Positions 14,568 through 22,528 of a stretch of DNA of 24,000 bases are shown in pieces. Source of the DNA: an uncultured Clostridia bacterium (GTDB taxonomy: Bacteria; Bacillota; Clostridia; Christensenellales; Pumilibacteraceae); assembly GCA_947598585.1 (NCBI GenBank), contig CANQFK010000006.1:36418-60417 (forward strand), given 5' to 3'. The notes under the pieces were generated by a model. The model did not search any database and was not told the origin of the DNA. It saw only the letters and a program-made list of their open reading frames with translations. How positions within the stretch are numbered: the stretch's first letter is position 1; each line of letters starts with the position of its first letter. The position numbers and the translations under genes were made by a program.

Positions 14568-14586
14568 GCGTATGACCCAAATTAAA

Positions 14587-14615
14587 TTCACATTTTTGCG
14601 ACGAAGGAATATTAT
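14587..14615 (+). promoter_or_regulatory. Candidate promoter of the Cna-B-like gene
   Basis: TTCACA (14587..14592), a 17-nt spacer, then TATTAT (14610..14615). Confidence 0.4.
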
Positions 14616-14648
14616 ATATTAGCCGCATTTAAATTCAAGGAGATAAAC

Positions 14649-14936
14649 ATGCAAGAAAAGACCAGATTGAGCGGGGCCAAATTCGTGCTTATGGACTGCC
14701 ACCATGAGCAGATAATGTGCATAAAAACCGACGCGAACGGCGAGGCGATAATAGATTGTTTGCCGTTCGGAAAATATTACTTACGCGAGGTAGAGCCGCC
14801 TCAGGGCTATCACCGCTGCTGCGAGGAAGTGGAGATCGTCATAGACGAAAACAATGACCACCGCTGTGTGGAATTTGTAAACAAACGCAAAACGGGCAGT
14901 ATAAAGATCATCAAATACGGCGTCGATTGCAGATAA
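14649..14936 (+). CDS. Stand-alone Cys/His-rich Cna-B (SpaA-type, prealbumin-like) domain protein with no signal peptide
   Basis: 95 aa with an AAGGAG RBS 6 nt upstream. The sequence LSGAKFVL..TDANGEAIIDCLPFGKYYLREVEPPQGY..VEIVID..VEFVNKRKTGSIKIIK follows the Cna-B repeat consensus. It contains 7 Cys and 4 His. Confidence 0.6.
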   Translation: MQEKTRLSGAKFVLMDCHHEQIMCIKTDANGEAIIDCLPFGKYYLREVEPPQGYHRCCEEVEIVIDENNDHRCVEFVNKRKTGSIKIIKYGVDCR

Positions 14937-14991
14937 CGGCATGGCAGAGAACGGCTTTTTTCGAAAAGTCGTTCTTTTTTCTTTGCCGCAT

Positions 14992-15021
14992 TTGACAATC
15001 CGCGCTCCGATATGCTAAAAT
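14992..15021 (+). promoter_or_regulatory. sigA-type promoter placed to give a leaderless mRNA
   Basis: TTGACA (14992..14997), an 18-nt spacer, then TAAAAT (15016..15021). The ATG at 15028 lies 6 nt after the -10 element. Confidence 0.55.
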
Positions 15022-15027
15022 CGGAGC

Positions 15028-15297
15028 ATGAAAAAGATCATTCCCATAGCGATCGTAATTTTAAGCGTGATCTCGTTCGGTTTGTCGGCGTACGGATTTG
15101 TGCTTGCGCTGCTTACGACGCTGAGCGAGCTGTTTTCGCCGTTCTCCGTGACGGCGGTCGTGACAGGCTTTACGCTGTCGGTAATATGCTGCTCCGTCGG
15201 CTTTATGCTGACAAAAAGCAAGCTGTGTCTTGCGGGCGGGATCATCTCGGCAGTGAGCGTTCTCCTCGGGATAGCCTCGTTCATAATACTGTTTTAG
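15028..15297 (+). CDS. Small integral membrane protein (about 3 TM), function unknown
   Basis: 89 aa, almost entirely hydrophobic: MKKIIPIAIVILSVISFGLSAYGFVLALL..VVTGFTLSVICCSVGFML..LAGGIISAVSVLLGIASFIILF. Confidence 0.6.
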   Translation: MKKIIPIAIVILSVISFGLSAYGFVLALLTTLSELFSPFSVTAVVTGFTLSVICCSVGFMLTKSKLCLAGGIISAVSVLLGIASFIILF

Positions 15298-15449
15298 TTC
15301 TTGTCATCACCGAGAAGTTTTCTCAAAGTTTCCGTCGCCCTTTGCGCGCTGCCGGACTCGTAAAAGTTTTTCAACAGGACCTTTTCAACGTCCTCGATCT
15401 TCACTTCGCTGCTCTTTTCGCGTTTGTTCGTAATAAGTTCGGGTATCAT
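15294..15449 (-). CDS. Hypothetical 51-aa hydrophilic protein (not in the ORF track)
   Basis: My own reverse-strand translation from ATG 15449..15447 gives MIPELITNKREKSSEVKIEDVEKVLLKNFYESGSAQRATETLRKLLGDDKN*. An AAGGAGG RBS lies 7 nt upstream, and a TGtATAAT extended -10 element lies further upstream. The stop overlaps the stop of the convergent 15028..15297 gene. I do not recognise a family. Confidence 0.45.
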   Translation of the reverse strand: MIPELITNKREKSSEVKIEDVEKVLLKNFYESGSAQRATETLRKLLGDDKN

Positions 15450-15497
15450 AAAAGCGCCTCCTTATCGAGATTATACATCGGAGAAAGCGCTTTTTTT
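15450..15497 (+). terminator. Candidate terminator hairpin (A-tract/stem/T7), readable on both strands
   Basis: GCGCCTCC (15454..15461) pairs with GGAG-aaa-GCGC (15480..15490), followed by T7 (15491..15497). On the minus strand, the right arm of the same hairpin contains the RBS of the 51-aa ORF. Confidence 0.45.
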
Positions 15498-15512
15498 GTA
15501 TGCGGACAAAAC

Positions 15513-18500
15513 TTACTCTATTTCGACAAATAATTCTGAGTCGAAATAGTACAGGTACTTTCCCGCTATCCTTTTGTTCAACAATCTTTGGGCGGCTTTG
15601 GCGTAAAGATCCACCTGCTTTATGTATCCGCTCTCGAACGGACCGTGCGCCGCGCCCGTTTTGTAATCCACTATGACCGCCTCGTCGCCGTCGATGACAA
15701 GGAGATCTATTACGCCCTGAACGAGCACTTTGCCCGCGCCGTCGAGCCCCGCCTCCGCCGCGTCTATATTGAGCATAAAAGGCTTTTCTTTGAACATTTT
15801 GCCCTTGAATCGTTTCATTTTTTGCGCCGCGCCAAGCAGTTTATCCCTATCGATAAGCGCCATATCCGCGGGATCTATTGCAGACAGATCGGGCGAAAAG
15901 AAGTCTATCCTTTCCATTGCTCTGTGATATGCGTTGCCCCTTTCCACCGCGCTTCCCTCGCTCGGCTCGGGCGTTATGAACGTCGCGGGCTCGTCGTCGC
16001 TGTGCGCTATCTTGCTGACATAGCTTTTTATGGGCGCTTTTGCCGTCGGGGCGAAATCGAAATAATCCGTAAGACTTTTTACGAGCGTTTCGTCCGCTTC
16101 GCCTATAAAGACTTTGCGCGGCTCCGCCTCCTCCACCGATATTTCGCCGATATCGCGTTTGTCTGCCTCTATAAGCATGGGCGCGAGCCAGCTAATAAAC
16201 GAATTACATTCGCTCAAAGCCACTATCTTCGCAGGTTGAGCCTCGTATGCCGCGACGGCGTGGTTGCTTTCGGTCAATGCGCCGAAAAGTTCGAGCCCGA
16301 ATTTGGCGCGGGTGAGCGCAACGTAAAATATCCGAAGTTCCTCTTCGAGCAATTTTTTCTTTTTTTCCACCCGTTTGAGAAATTTCAGATCGCTTTCGTA
16401 AGCGGCATGATCCTCGTAAACGTTCATACATATATCGCTTTCGACAAAGACGGGTCTACTTAGTTCTTTCAAATTGAAGCTCTCGCCAAGGCCTATAAGG
16501 AACACATGGTCGAATTCCAGCCCCTTGCTTTTGTGGACAGTCATGAGTTTGACGGAATTTTCGTCGCCGACAAGTTCGGCGTGCGGATCGTGTTCGTCTA
16601 TGAATTTGAGCGTCGATCGTAGCGTGCTTTTGAACGGACAAGCGTTAAGAAATTCCAAAAACTTGTCCAGAACTTCGGGCGCGCCGCCGCCGAGTTTGAA
16701 CGCATAATTGAAATAGCCGAACTCCGAAACGATCATATCCGCAAGTTCGTCCACGTTCTTTTTGCGGCTGAGTTCGCCGTATCTATCGAGAACGTTCAAA
16801 AAATCCTTTACTTTTTCGTCATCGCTGCTTTGCACGCATTCGAAAAAGTTCCCGTCCGCGCTCATTCTTATCCTTGCGAGCTCGTTTTCGCCGAAGCCGC
16901 CGAACGGAGAAAGCATGGAAACAGCCATAGCCTTGTCGTCCCGCCTGTTGTCTATAAGCCTCAAAAAGTTTATGAGTTGACCTGTGACGGGCGCGTCGAT
17001 ATAACGGACGTCCTCTTTTAAGGATACAGACAAATTTATCTGTTTGAGTTTTTCGATAACGAGGTCTTCGAGCGAGCCCATAGACCGCGTCAATATCGCA
17101 ATGTCCCCGGGCGAAACGCCTTCTTCCAAAAGATTTTGCACGCGATATGCTATAAGCGTAGCCTCCGCCTCGTTTCGGAGCATGGACGTGTCCTTATTGT
17201 CGCGAACGCTGTACACGCCTTTCAGTTCGGGGGGCGTTTCCTTGCCCGTAATGAGGTGTATTTTTACATATCCTTCCTCGGGACTGAACGCCGTCATGGG
17301 ATTGGCGCCGTAATCCACGCCGCCGAAATCCTCGGTCATCAGATCGCGAAAAACGTCGTTGACAAAACTTACCACTTTTTTTGCGCTGCGGTAGTTGACG
17401 TCGAGATTTATGACCTTTCCGCTACCCGTGCCGATATATTCGTCGTACTTTTGCTTGAATATGTAAGGAGCGCAACCGCGGAACGCATAGATGCTCTGCT
17501 TCAAGTCGCCCACCATGAACAAATTGTTGCCTTTTGCGACTATGGACAATATCGCCTCTTGCAACGGATTTATATCCTGATATTCGTCCACAAAGACGTA
17601 TTTGTATTTTTTGCTTATCTCCTCGCCCGCGTCGCTGCGCAAAATGCGGAGCGTCATGTTTTCGAGGTCGGCAAAGTCCACCGCCGAACGCTTCGACTTT
17701 TCGTTTTCGTACTCTTTGCACGCAAGATCCGCCGCCTTTATGAGCGCTTTTATAAAATGTTCGGATTCGTACTGCGGTCTTAATTCGTCAAGACCCCCAA
17801 GCGTCTGACAGTATTCCTTTACCGCCCCTTTGAGATAGTCCACGCACGGCTTTAATTCGGGATGAGCGAGATTCCGCCTTTCCCATGACGGTTCTCCGTT
17901 TTCAAGCGCCGAAAGGAGTTCCGCCTCCGTTTCCTTTTCGTCCGTGACCTCGAAAAGCCTCTCCACTCTGTCCTTTATCCTTTGCTTATACCTTGACATA
18001 TATTCGTCGATCCGTCTTTTCACGTCCTCGGCGTCGTAGTTATAAGACGGAACGGAATCGGGATTTATACTGCGATATTCCATTATCCCCGAGATCGCTT
18101 CGCTTAGTCTATAATTGCGCCTTTTGGAGCGCAGGATATAGCACAGCAGCTCGAAATCCTCATCCGAAACGCTCCTCGAAATCGCCTTTTCCACCGCGTC
18201 CTTTTTCATCGCCGCGCTTTCGCCCTCGTCCAAAACTTCGAATTGGGGATCCACGCCGAGAACGTAAAAATATTTGCTTACGACGCGTTGACAAAAGCTG
18301 TCTATCGTGGAAATATCGGCGCGCGAAAGTTCTTTCAGTTCGCTTTTGTAGCCTCTTTTGCTCATTTCGGCATACAGCTTGGCGCGCATATCCGCGGCGG
18401 ACGCCTTGGTAAATGTGCATACGAGCATATTGGCGAGTTTTGCTCCCTCGCCTATAAGCCTCAGGATACGTTCGATCATGACGGTGGTCTTGCCGCTGCC

Positions 18501-18578
18501 CGCCGACGCCGAAACGAGTATCCTCGCGTCGTTTGCGTAAATTACTTCCTTTTGACTATCTGACCATATCCTTTTCAT
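15513..18578 (-). CDS. addA: Helicase-nuclease AddA (UvrD/PcrA-like SF1 helicase with a C-terminal RecB-type nuclease)
   Basis: Walker A is SASAGSGKTT. UvrD-like blocks are present (VDEYQDINPLQ, LFMVGDLKQSIYAFRG, VNYRS, VHKSKGLEF, YVALTRAK). The C-terminal nuclease motif is GVIDLLVIDGDEAVIVDYKTG. I prefer ATG 18578 (MKRIWSDSQKEVIY) over the track start at 18701, which would overlap addB by 146 nt and add a non-conserved basic extension. Confidence 0.9.
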   Translation of the reverse strand: MKRIWSDSQKEVIYANDARILVSASAGSGKTTVMIERILRLIGEGAKLANMLVCTFTKASAADMRAKLYAEMSKRGYKSELKELSRADISTIDSFCQRVVSKYFYVLGVDPQFEVLDEGESAAMKKDAVEKAISRSVSDEDFELLCYILRSKRRNYRLSEAISGIMEYRSINPDSVPSYNYDAEDVKRRIDEYMSRYKQRIKDRVERLFEVTDEKETEAELLSALENGEPSWERRNLAHPELKPCVDYLKGAVKEYCQTLGGLDELRPQYESEHFIKALIKAADLACKEYENEKSKRSAVDFADLENMTLRILRSDAGEEISKKYKYVFVDEYQDINPLQEAILSIVAKGNNLFMVGDLKQSIYAFRGCAPYIFKQKYDEYIGTGSGKVINLDVNYRSAKKVVSFVNDVFRDLMTEDFGGVDYGANPMTAFSPEEGYVKIHLITGKETPPELKGVYSVRDNKDTSMLRNEAEATLIAYRVQNLLEEGVSPGDIAILTRSMGSLEDLVIEKLKQINLSVSLKEDVRYIDAPVTGQLINFLRLIDNRRDDKAMAVSMLSPFGGFGENELARIRMSADGNFFECVQSSDDEKVKDFLNVLDRYGELSRKKNVDELADMIVSEFGYFNYAFKLGGGAPEVLDKFLEFLNACPFKSTLRSTLKFIDEHDPHAELVGDENSVKLMTVHKSKGLEFDHVFLIGLGESFNLKELSRPVFVESDICMNVYEDHAAYESDLKFLKRVEKKKKLLEEELRIFYVALTRAKFGLELFGALTESNHAVAAYEAQPAKIVALSECNSFISWLAPMLIEADKRDIGEISVEEAEPRKVFIGEADETLVKSLTDYFDFAPTAKAPIKSYVSKIAHSDDEPATFITPEPSEGSAVERGNAYHRAMERIDFFSPDLSAIDPADMALIDRDKLLGAAQKMKRFKGKMFKEKPFMLNIDAAEAGLDGAGKVLVQGVIDLLVIDGDEAVIVDYKTGAAHGPFESGYIKQVDLYAKAAQRLLNKRIAGKYLYYFDSELFVEIE

Positions 18579-21336
18579 CGTTCGCCTTATAAAAACCCGA
18601 TTTGCGCATTTTAACTCTTTTGCGCACCGCCTTATCCACGCAAAGGCATGAATAATCGCAATAACTGCATTCTTTTTCGCCGCACGGAGTAGCCGCCGCA
18701 TATCCGTCCTTTATTTCGCTTATGGCTTTTTCGGACAGCATGACCGCATAATCGGTCAATTTCCGCATTTCGTCTTTGCTCAGCAGGTAATCGCTTGCCG
18801 CCAAAACGTCGCGTGCTTTCCACTTCATGTTGAACACTTCGCTCTCGTCCGAAAAGCTGCCGTCCACCGCCTTGACTATATCGAGGTCGCCGAGCATAAA
18901 GCCCGAAAATCTATGGGCGAACCTGTCGTCCAGCCAATTGTATGTAAGCGGAAAATCGAACATTGCCGCCTGCTTGTATTTTCGACTGCACGCAGCCATA
19001 TACATGGGAAGTTGAATGTTGATCCCATAATAAACGTCCGAAAATTTCAATTCGTAATCGCCCGTCTTATAGTCGATCAGCCTTATGTAGCCGTCGTATT
19101 CGTCCGCCATATCTATCTTGCCCGAAAGCGTTATGCCCCCGAAGTCGTATTCGAATTTTATCTCCTGTCCTATCGGCGTGAATTTGCCCTTTTTGAGATG
19201 TTCCGCATATATCTTTATCGTTTCGACCGCCTCGGCTTTCAACGCCTCGACCTCGCTTTTGTTGCCCGAAAGCGAAAATTTTCCGCCCTCGTTCATTATC
19301 TCGGTCACGGCCTTGTCCACCGCGCGCGCTATGTCCGAATAATCTCCGGCTCTTATCGTTTTTTCGACGATGAGGTGCAAAAAACTGCCCACGTCCGCCG
19401 CCGAAATTTCGCCCTTATCTCTGTTTTTGAGCCGCAAGCCGTAATCGGCGAAATGCCTGTACGGGCACTTGAAAAATCTTTGCAACTGGCTTACGCTTGT
19501 CGTTCCGAAAGGAAAGAACAGTTTTTCGGCGTTCTCTATTTTGTCCGTCCGCGGCGAAAGAAAGATGGAATCGTTCGATCGCGTGGCTTTGAACAGCGCG
19601 TTTATAAATGCTCTTTCGTCCCTTTGCGACGTTTCCGCAAGTTTTGTCAGTTCGAGCATGAGTTCCACCGCGTGCTTTTTGCTGCCCGCGCGCAAAAGAT
19701 AATTGTCCCCGTCGCCAATAAGCGGTGCGTCCTCGAAAAGCTCGTCCATCATGCCCGACGGCGAAGTGTAAGTCGCAAAGATATTTTCCGCGCTGGCAAG
19801 AGCGGCTCGCAATTCGCGCTCGTATCTCATATTGATAGCGGCGGCGCGTTCCATTTCGGAGAAGGACTCCTTTTCGTCGTCGCCTATCAAAGACGTGTCG
19901 TCGTATATCTGCGGCAGAGATCCGTCATCAAAACCGAGAACCGCCATAAATTTGTACTTGCCCCCGCGAAACGACGCGGGATCGCCCACTATCACTCCGC
20001 CCTTGTACGGGATAGACGCCATTTCGGTAGCTTTGAGCCCCTCGGCAAAAACCGCCGACACGAATTCGAAATTGCCCTTTATGTCCACTTGCTCCATCAA
20101 TGCGACAAGCGCGCGCATCCTTTCGACCGCAGCGACCGAATCGAACGCCTCTTCCGTCGTCTTTTCCGCCGAAACAGCTTCGAAAATCCCTTCGAGCAAC
20201 GCTCCGAAATTTTTTGCGTCGTTTATCGCGCCGAACTGCTTTTCGACATATTCGACAAGTCCGACGATCTTTATTCGCGTCTTTTCCACTTCGCTCGGGC
20301 AATCCTCAAAGCGCTCGTAAAAGCCCTTGTATTCCACAAGGTGCGAATTTACATAGTTTTCGAACTCGTCGGCACACGTTTTTTCAATACCCATGTACAG
20401 GTTTTTGCTTAAAACTATAAAACTTTCCCTGTTCTTTCTCTGCGCGCATTCGAAAAGCGTCATGAGAAACGACGACAGCGGCATATCGGAAAGGCGTTTG
20501 CTCTGGGTCACAAAGCATGGCAATTCGAACTCCTCGAAAATCCTCTTTACCCTATCCGCCGAAGCGTTGCCGAGAATGACCGCCATGTCCTCGTACGGAA
20601 CGCCGTTGTATGCCATATATCTTATTCGCTTAGCGACCTCTTTTACCGCAAGCGCGCCCTCGCCGCAATACTTTTCCTTGTTGCCATTCACTTTTTCGTC
20701 GCCGCACATTTGACATTCGGTGTACGAAAGAGCCCTTTGTTTCAACGCGTCGAGCACCTTTTGGGTCGCGTTGTCCACATAGTCGAAGTTGGCGACGTAA
20801 ATATGTACATTGTCAAGATATTCGCTTAGGGGCGCAAAACTCGCTATAAGGCTGAGTTTGCCCATGCTGTCCACAAATCTGCCCGTTATCCTCTTTTTGT
20901 ATTCGGCATAGACGGCTTTCAGGTCGCAAAGTTTGAGCGACGTTTCGGGAATGTCCTCGGGCTCTATTCCGTTTGCGGCGAAATCGTTTATCGCGTCGTA
21001 CAGCTTTTCGCAAAAGCCGCGATACGCCACCGAACGATAATAACACTTTAATTTTATGTCGGGCAACATTCCCCTTATAAGCATTATCGCCCCTTCGCGG
21101 CTGAGCAGCGGCGTGGTTATCTTCATCTTGTAAAACAGCCTGCTGAGCGAAAGGACTTCGACGTCGAACGATCCGCAAGAATTTTCGTAAAGATATTTTT
21201 CGGCAAGCAACGTGTATCGTTCGGGAACGATGAGCAAATGCCTCACGCCGAGATCGACCGTGCGCCGTTCGATTTTTGCTATGACGCTCTTTATCGCGTC
21301 ATGATAGCTATCGGATCTGATAAAATTTGCTTCCAT
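18556..21336 (-). CDS. addB: Helicase-nuclease AddB (inactive-helicase scaffold with a PD-(D/E)XK nuclease and Fe-S cysteines)
   Basis: 926 aa, immediately upstream of and overlapping addA. The nuclease motif is GKIDMADEYDGYIRLIDYKTGDY. The Fe-S staple cysteines are FKCPYRHF plus ECSYCDYSCLC (C-x2-C-x5-C). The N-terminus lacks a Walker A motif. Confidence 0.85.
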   Translation of the reverse strand: MEANFIRSDSYHDAIKSVIAKIERRTVDLGVRHLLIVPERYTLLAEKYLYENSCGSFDVEVLSLSRLFYKMKITTPLLSREGAIMLIRGMLPDIKLKCYYRSVAYRGFCEKLYDAINDFAANGIEPEDIPETSLKLCDLKAVYAEYKKRITGRFVDSMGKLSLIASFAPLSEYLDNVHIYVANFDYVDNATQKVLDALKQRALSYTECQMCGDEKVNGNKEKYCGEGALAVKEVAKRIRYMAYNGVPYEDMAVILGNASADRVKRIFEEFELPCFVTQSKRLSDMPLSSFLMTLFECAQRKNRESFIVLSKNLYMGIEKTCADEFENYVNSHLVEYKGFYERFEDCPSEVEKTRIKIVGLVEYVEKQFGAINDAKNFGALLEGIFEAVSAEKTTEEAFDSVAAVERMRALVALMEQVDIKGNFEFVSAVFAEGLKATEMASIPYKGGVIVGDPASFRGGKYKFMAVLGFDDGSLPQIYDDTSLIGDDEKESFSEMERAAAINMRYERELRAALASAENIFATYTSPSGMMDELFEDAPLIGDGDNYLLRAGSKKHAVELMLELTKLAETSQRDERAFINALFKATRSNDSIFLSPRTDKIENAEKLFFPFGTTSVSQLQRFFKCPYRHFADYGLRLKNRDKGEISAADVGSFLHLIVEKTIRAGDYSDIARAVDKAVTEIMNEGGKFSLSGNKSEVEALKAEAVETIKIYAEHLKKGKFTPIGQEIKFEYDFGGITLSGKIDMADEYDGYIRLIDYKTGDYELKFSDVYYGINIQLPMYMAACSRKYKQAAMFDFPLTYNWLDDRFAHRFSGFMLGDLDIVKAVDGSFSDESEVFNMKWKARDVLAASDYLLSKDEMRKLTDYAVMLSEKAISEIKDGYAAATPCGEKECSYCDYSCLCVDKAVRKRVKMRKSGFYKANDEKDMVR

Positions 21337-21343
21337 TTGTTAT

Positions 21344-21372
21344 ATTATAACCTTTTTGGATTGCCAAATCAA
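21344..21372 (-). promoter_or_regulatory. Candidate sigA-type promoter of addBA (would give a leaderless mRNA)
   Basis: On the minus strand, TTGATT (21372..21367), a 17-nt spacer, then TATAAT (21349..21344). The addB ATG (21336) lies 7 nt after the -10 element, and no Shine-Dalgarno sequence is present. Confidence 0.5.
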
Positions 21373-21389
21373 GTCAAATGTGGTACACT
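21361..21389 (+). promoter_or_regulatory. Candidate extended -10 promoter of the divergent lipoprotein gene
   Basis: TTGCCA (21361..21366), a 17-nt spacer ending in TGg, then TACACT (21384..21389). Confidence 0.45.
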
Positions 21390-21420
21390 TATTAAAAATC
21401 GTTTTTTGTGGAGAAATTCA

Positions 21421-22464
21421 ATGAAAAAAACAGCGTCATTATTTATATCTTTTCTGCTCGTAATTATGCTTGCAGGGTGCGCCGCGCCCGCCACCAACAG
21501 CGTCGTGCTCGACGACTATCGCGATCTGCCGTGGCAATCGTCGAGAAGTTTCTCGTCGGAAACGTCCACTTACAAGGTCACCGACTACGTTCTCGGCGCC
21601 GACGGCAAAACCGCCATAACCGATGACGACAGCTACTTGAAATTCACTTTGACTCAAAGCAAGCTGAATACGGGCACAGAGGACGCTCCCGTAGAGATCA
21701 CCGTCCTGAACTTAAAGACCGACTTCATGATATCATATAAAGGCTCGACCGAAAAGAGCGAGATCCATTCGGAGTCCACTTTCAAACGCGACGGGCTTTA
21801 TGCCATTTCCACGGTCAAGGAAGTCGTCACTCCGTCGGCATCGTACTATTTCGAAGCGGACTATGATAAGGGCGAAGCGAAATACGCGACGACAAAGGAG
21901 CAATTCCAAAACGGAGAAACGAGAACGCTGACGTTCACGCCCGGCAACTATATCGATAACGAGATCATCTATTACTATATCCGCGCCATGAAAGGTCTTA
22001 CCGACACAATGGCAAGTTCTTCCACTTTCAGCCAGGAATTTGCCGTCGTAAATTGGTTCGAGTGCTTCAACAAATATCAAAGTTTTCATAAAGGCGAACT
22101 CGTGACGTCCGAAATGGCGGTCACGTCGGTAAAAAGCCTCTCTTCTCAGGACTATTGGGAAAACGTAAAGGTTGAAGATCCCGATATCCTTTTGGGCTTT
22201 GACGACGAATTCAAACTTACCGAAAACAACGAATTGAAAAGCCATTATGTCGCCATTATGCTTACCGAAAACGGACGAACAAAGGGACAACCCTTTTATG
22301 CTTATTACGCTCAGGGCGCATATAAGGGCGGCGAAAACATAAGATGCCGCAATATTCTCACGAAAATGGTAACGTATTACAGCCGCGGCGAAGATCTTCA
22401 AAAGGAACCGCCCGAATTCAATAACGCCATAGAATTTGTATTGAGCGACTTTGAAAGCAAATAA
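21421..22464 (+). CDS. Lipoprotein of unknown function
   Basis: The track ORF starts at 21238 inside the addB gene and promoter region. I prefer ATG 21421, which has GGAGA 6 nt upstream. The protein begins MKKTASLFISFLLVIMLAGCAAP, with a canonical LAGC lipobox. 347 aa; I do not recognise a family. Confidence 0.75.
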   Translation: MKKTASLFISFLLVIMLAGCAAPATNSVVLDDYRDLPWQSSRSFSSETSTYKVTDYVLGADGKTAITDDDSYLKFTLTQSKLNTGTEDAPVEITVLNLKTDFMISYKGSTEKSEIHSESTFKRDGLYAISTVKEVVTPSASYYFEADYDKGEAKYATTKEQFQNGETRTLTFTPGNYIDNEIIYYYIRAMKGLTDTMASSSTFSQEFAVVNWFECFNKYQSFHKGELVTSEMAVTSVKSLSSQDYWENVKVEDPDILLGFDDEFKLTENNELKSHYVAIMLTENGRTKGQPFYAYYAQGAYKGGENIRCRNILTKMVTYYSRGEDLQKEPPEFNNAIEFVLSDFESK

Positions 22465-22485
22465 TATTCATACGATAATACGAAA

Positions 22486-22514
22486 ATAAGCTCGTTTACG
22501 ATAAACGAGCTTAT
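22486..22514. terminator. Bidirectional terminator hairpin between convergent genes
   Basis: ATAAGCTCGTTTA (22486..22498) pairs with TAAACGAGCTTAT (22502..22514) as a 13-bp perfect inverted repeat. It is flanked by A/T-rich runs on both sides. Confidence 0.7.
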
Positions 22515-22528
22515 TTATTACCTAAATT

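Noticed and set aside
18579-18701. Upstream Met (18701) given by the ORF track as the addA start
   Set aside because: It would add 41 non-conserved, Arg/Ala/Ile-rich residues lying entirely within the addB coding region. ATG 18578 (MKRIWSDSQKEVIY) puts the Walker A motif at the usual distance from the N-terminus.
18913-20412. 499-aa + strand ORF
   Set aside because: It is antisense to addB and has an Arg/Phe-rich shadow composition.
21733-22401. 222-aa minus-strand ORF
   Set aside because: It is antisense to the LAGC lipoprotein gene and has no RBS or signal features.
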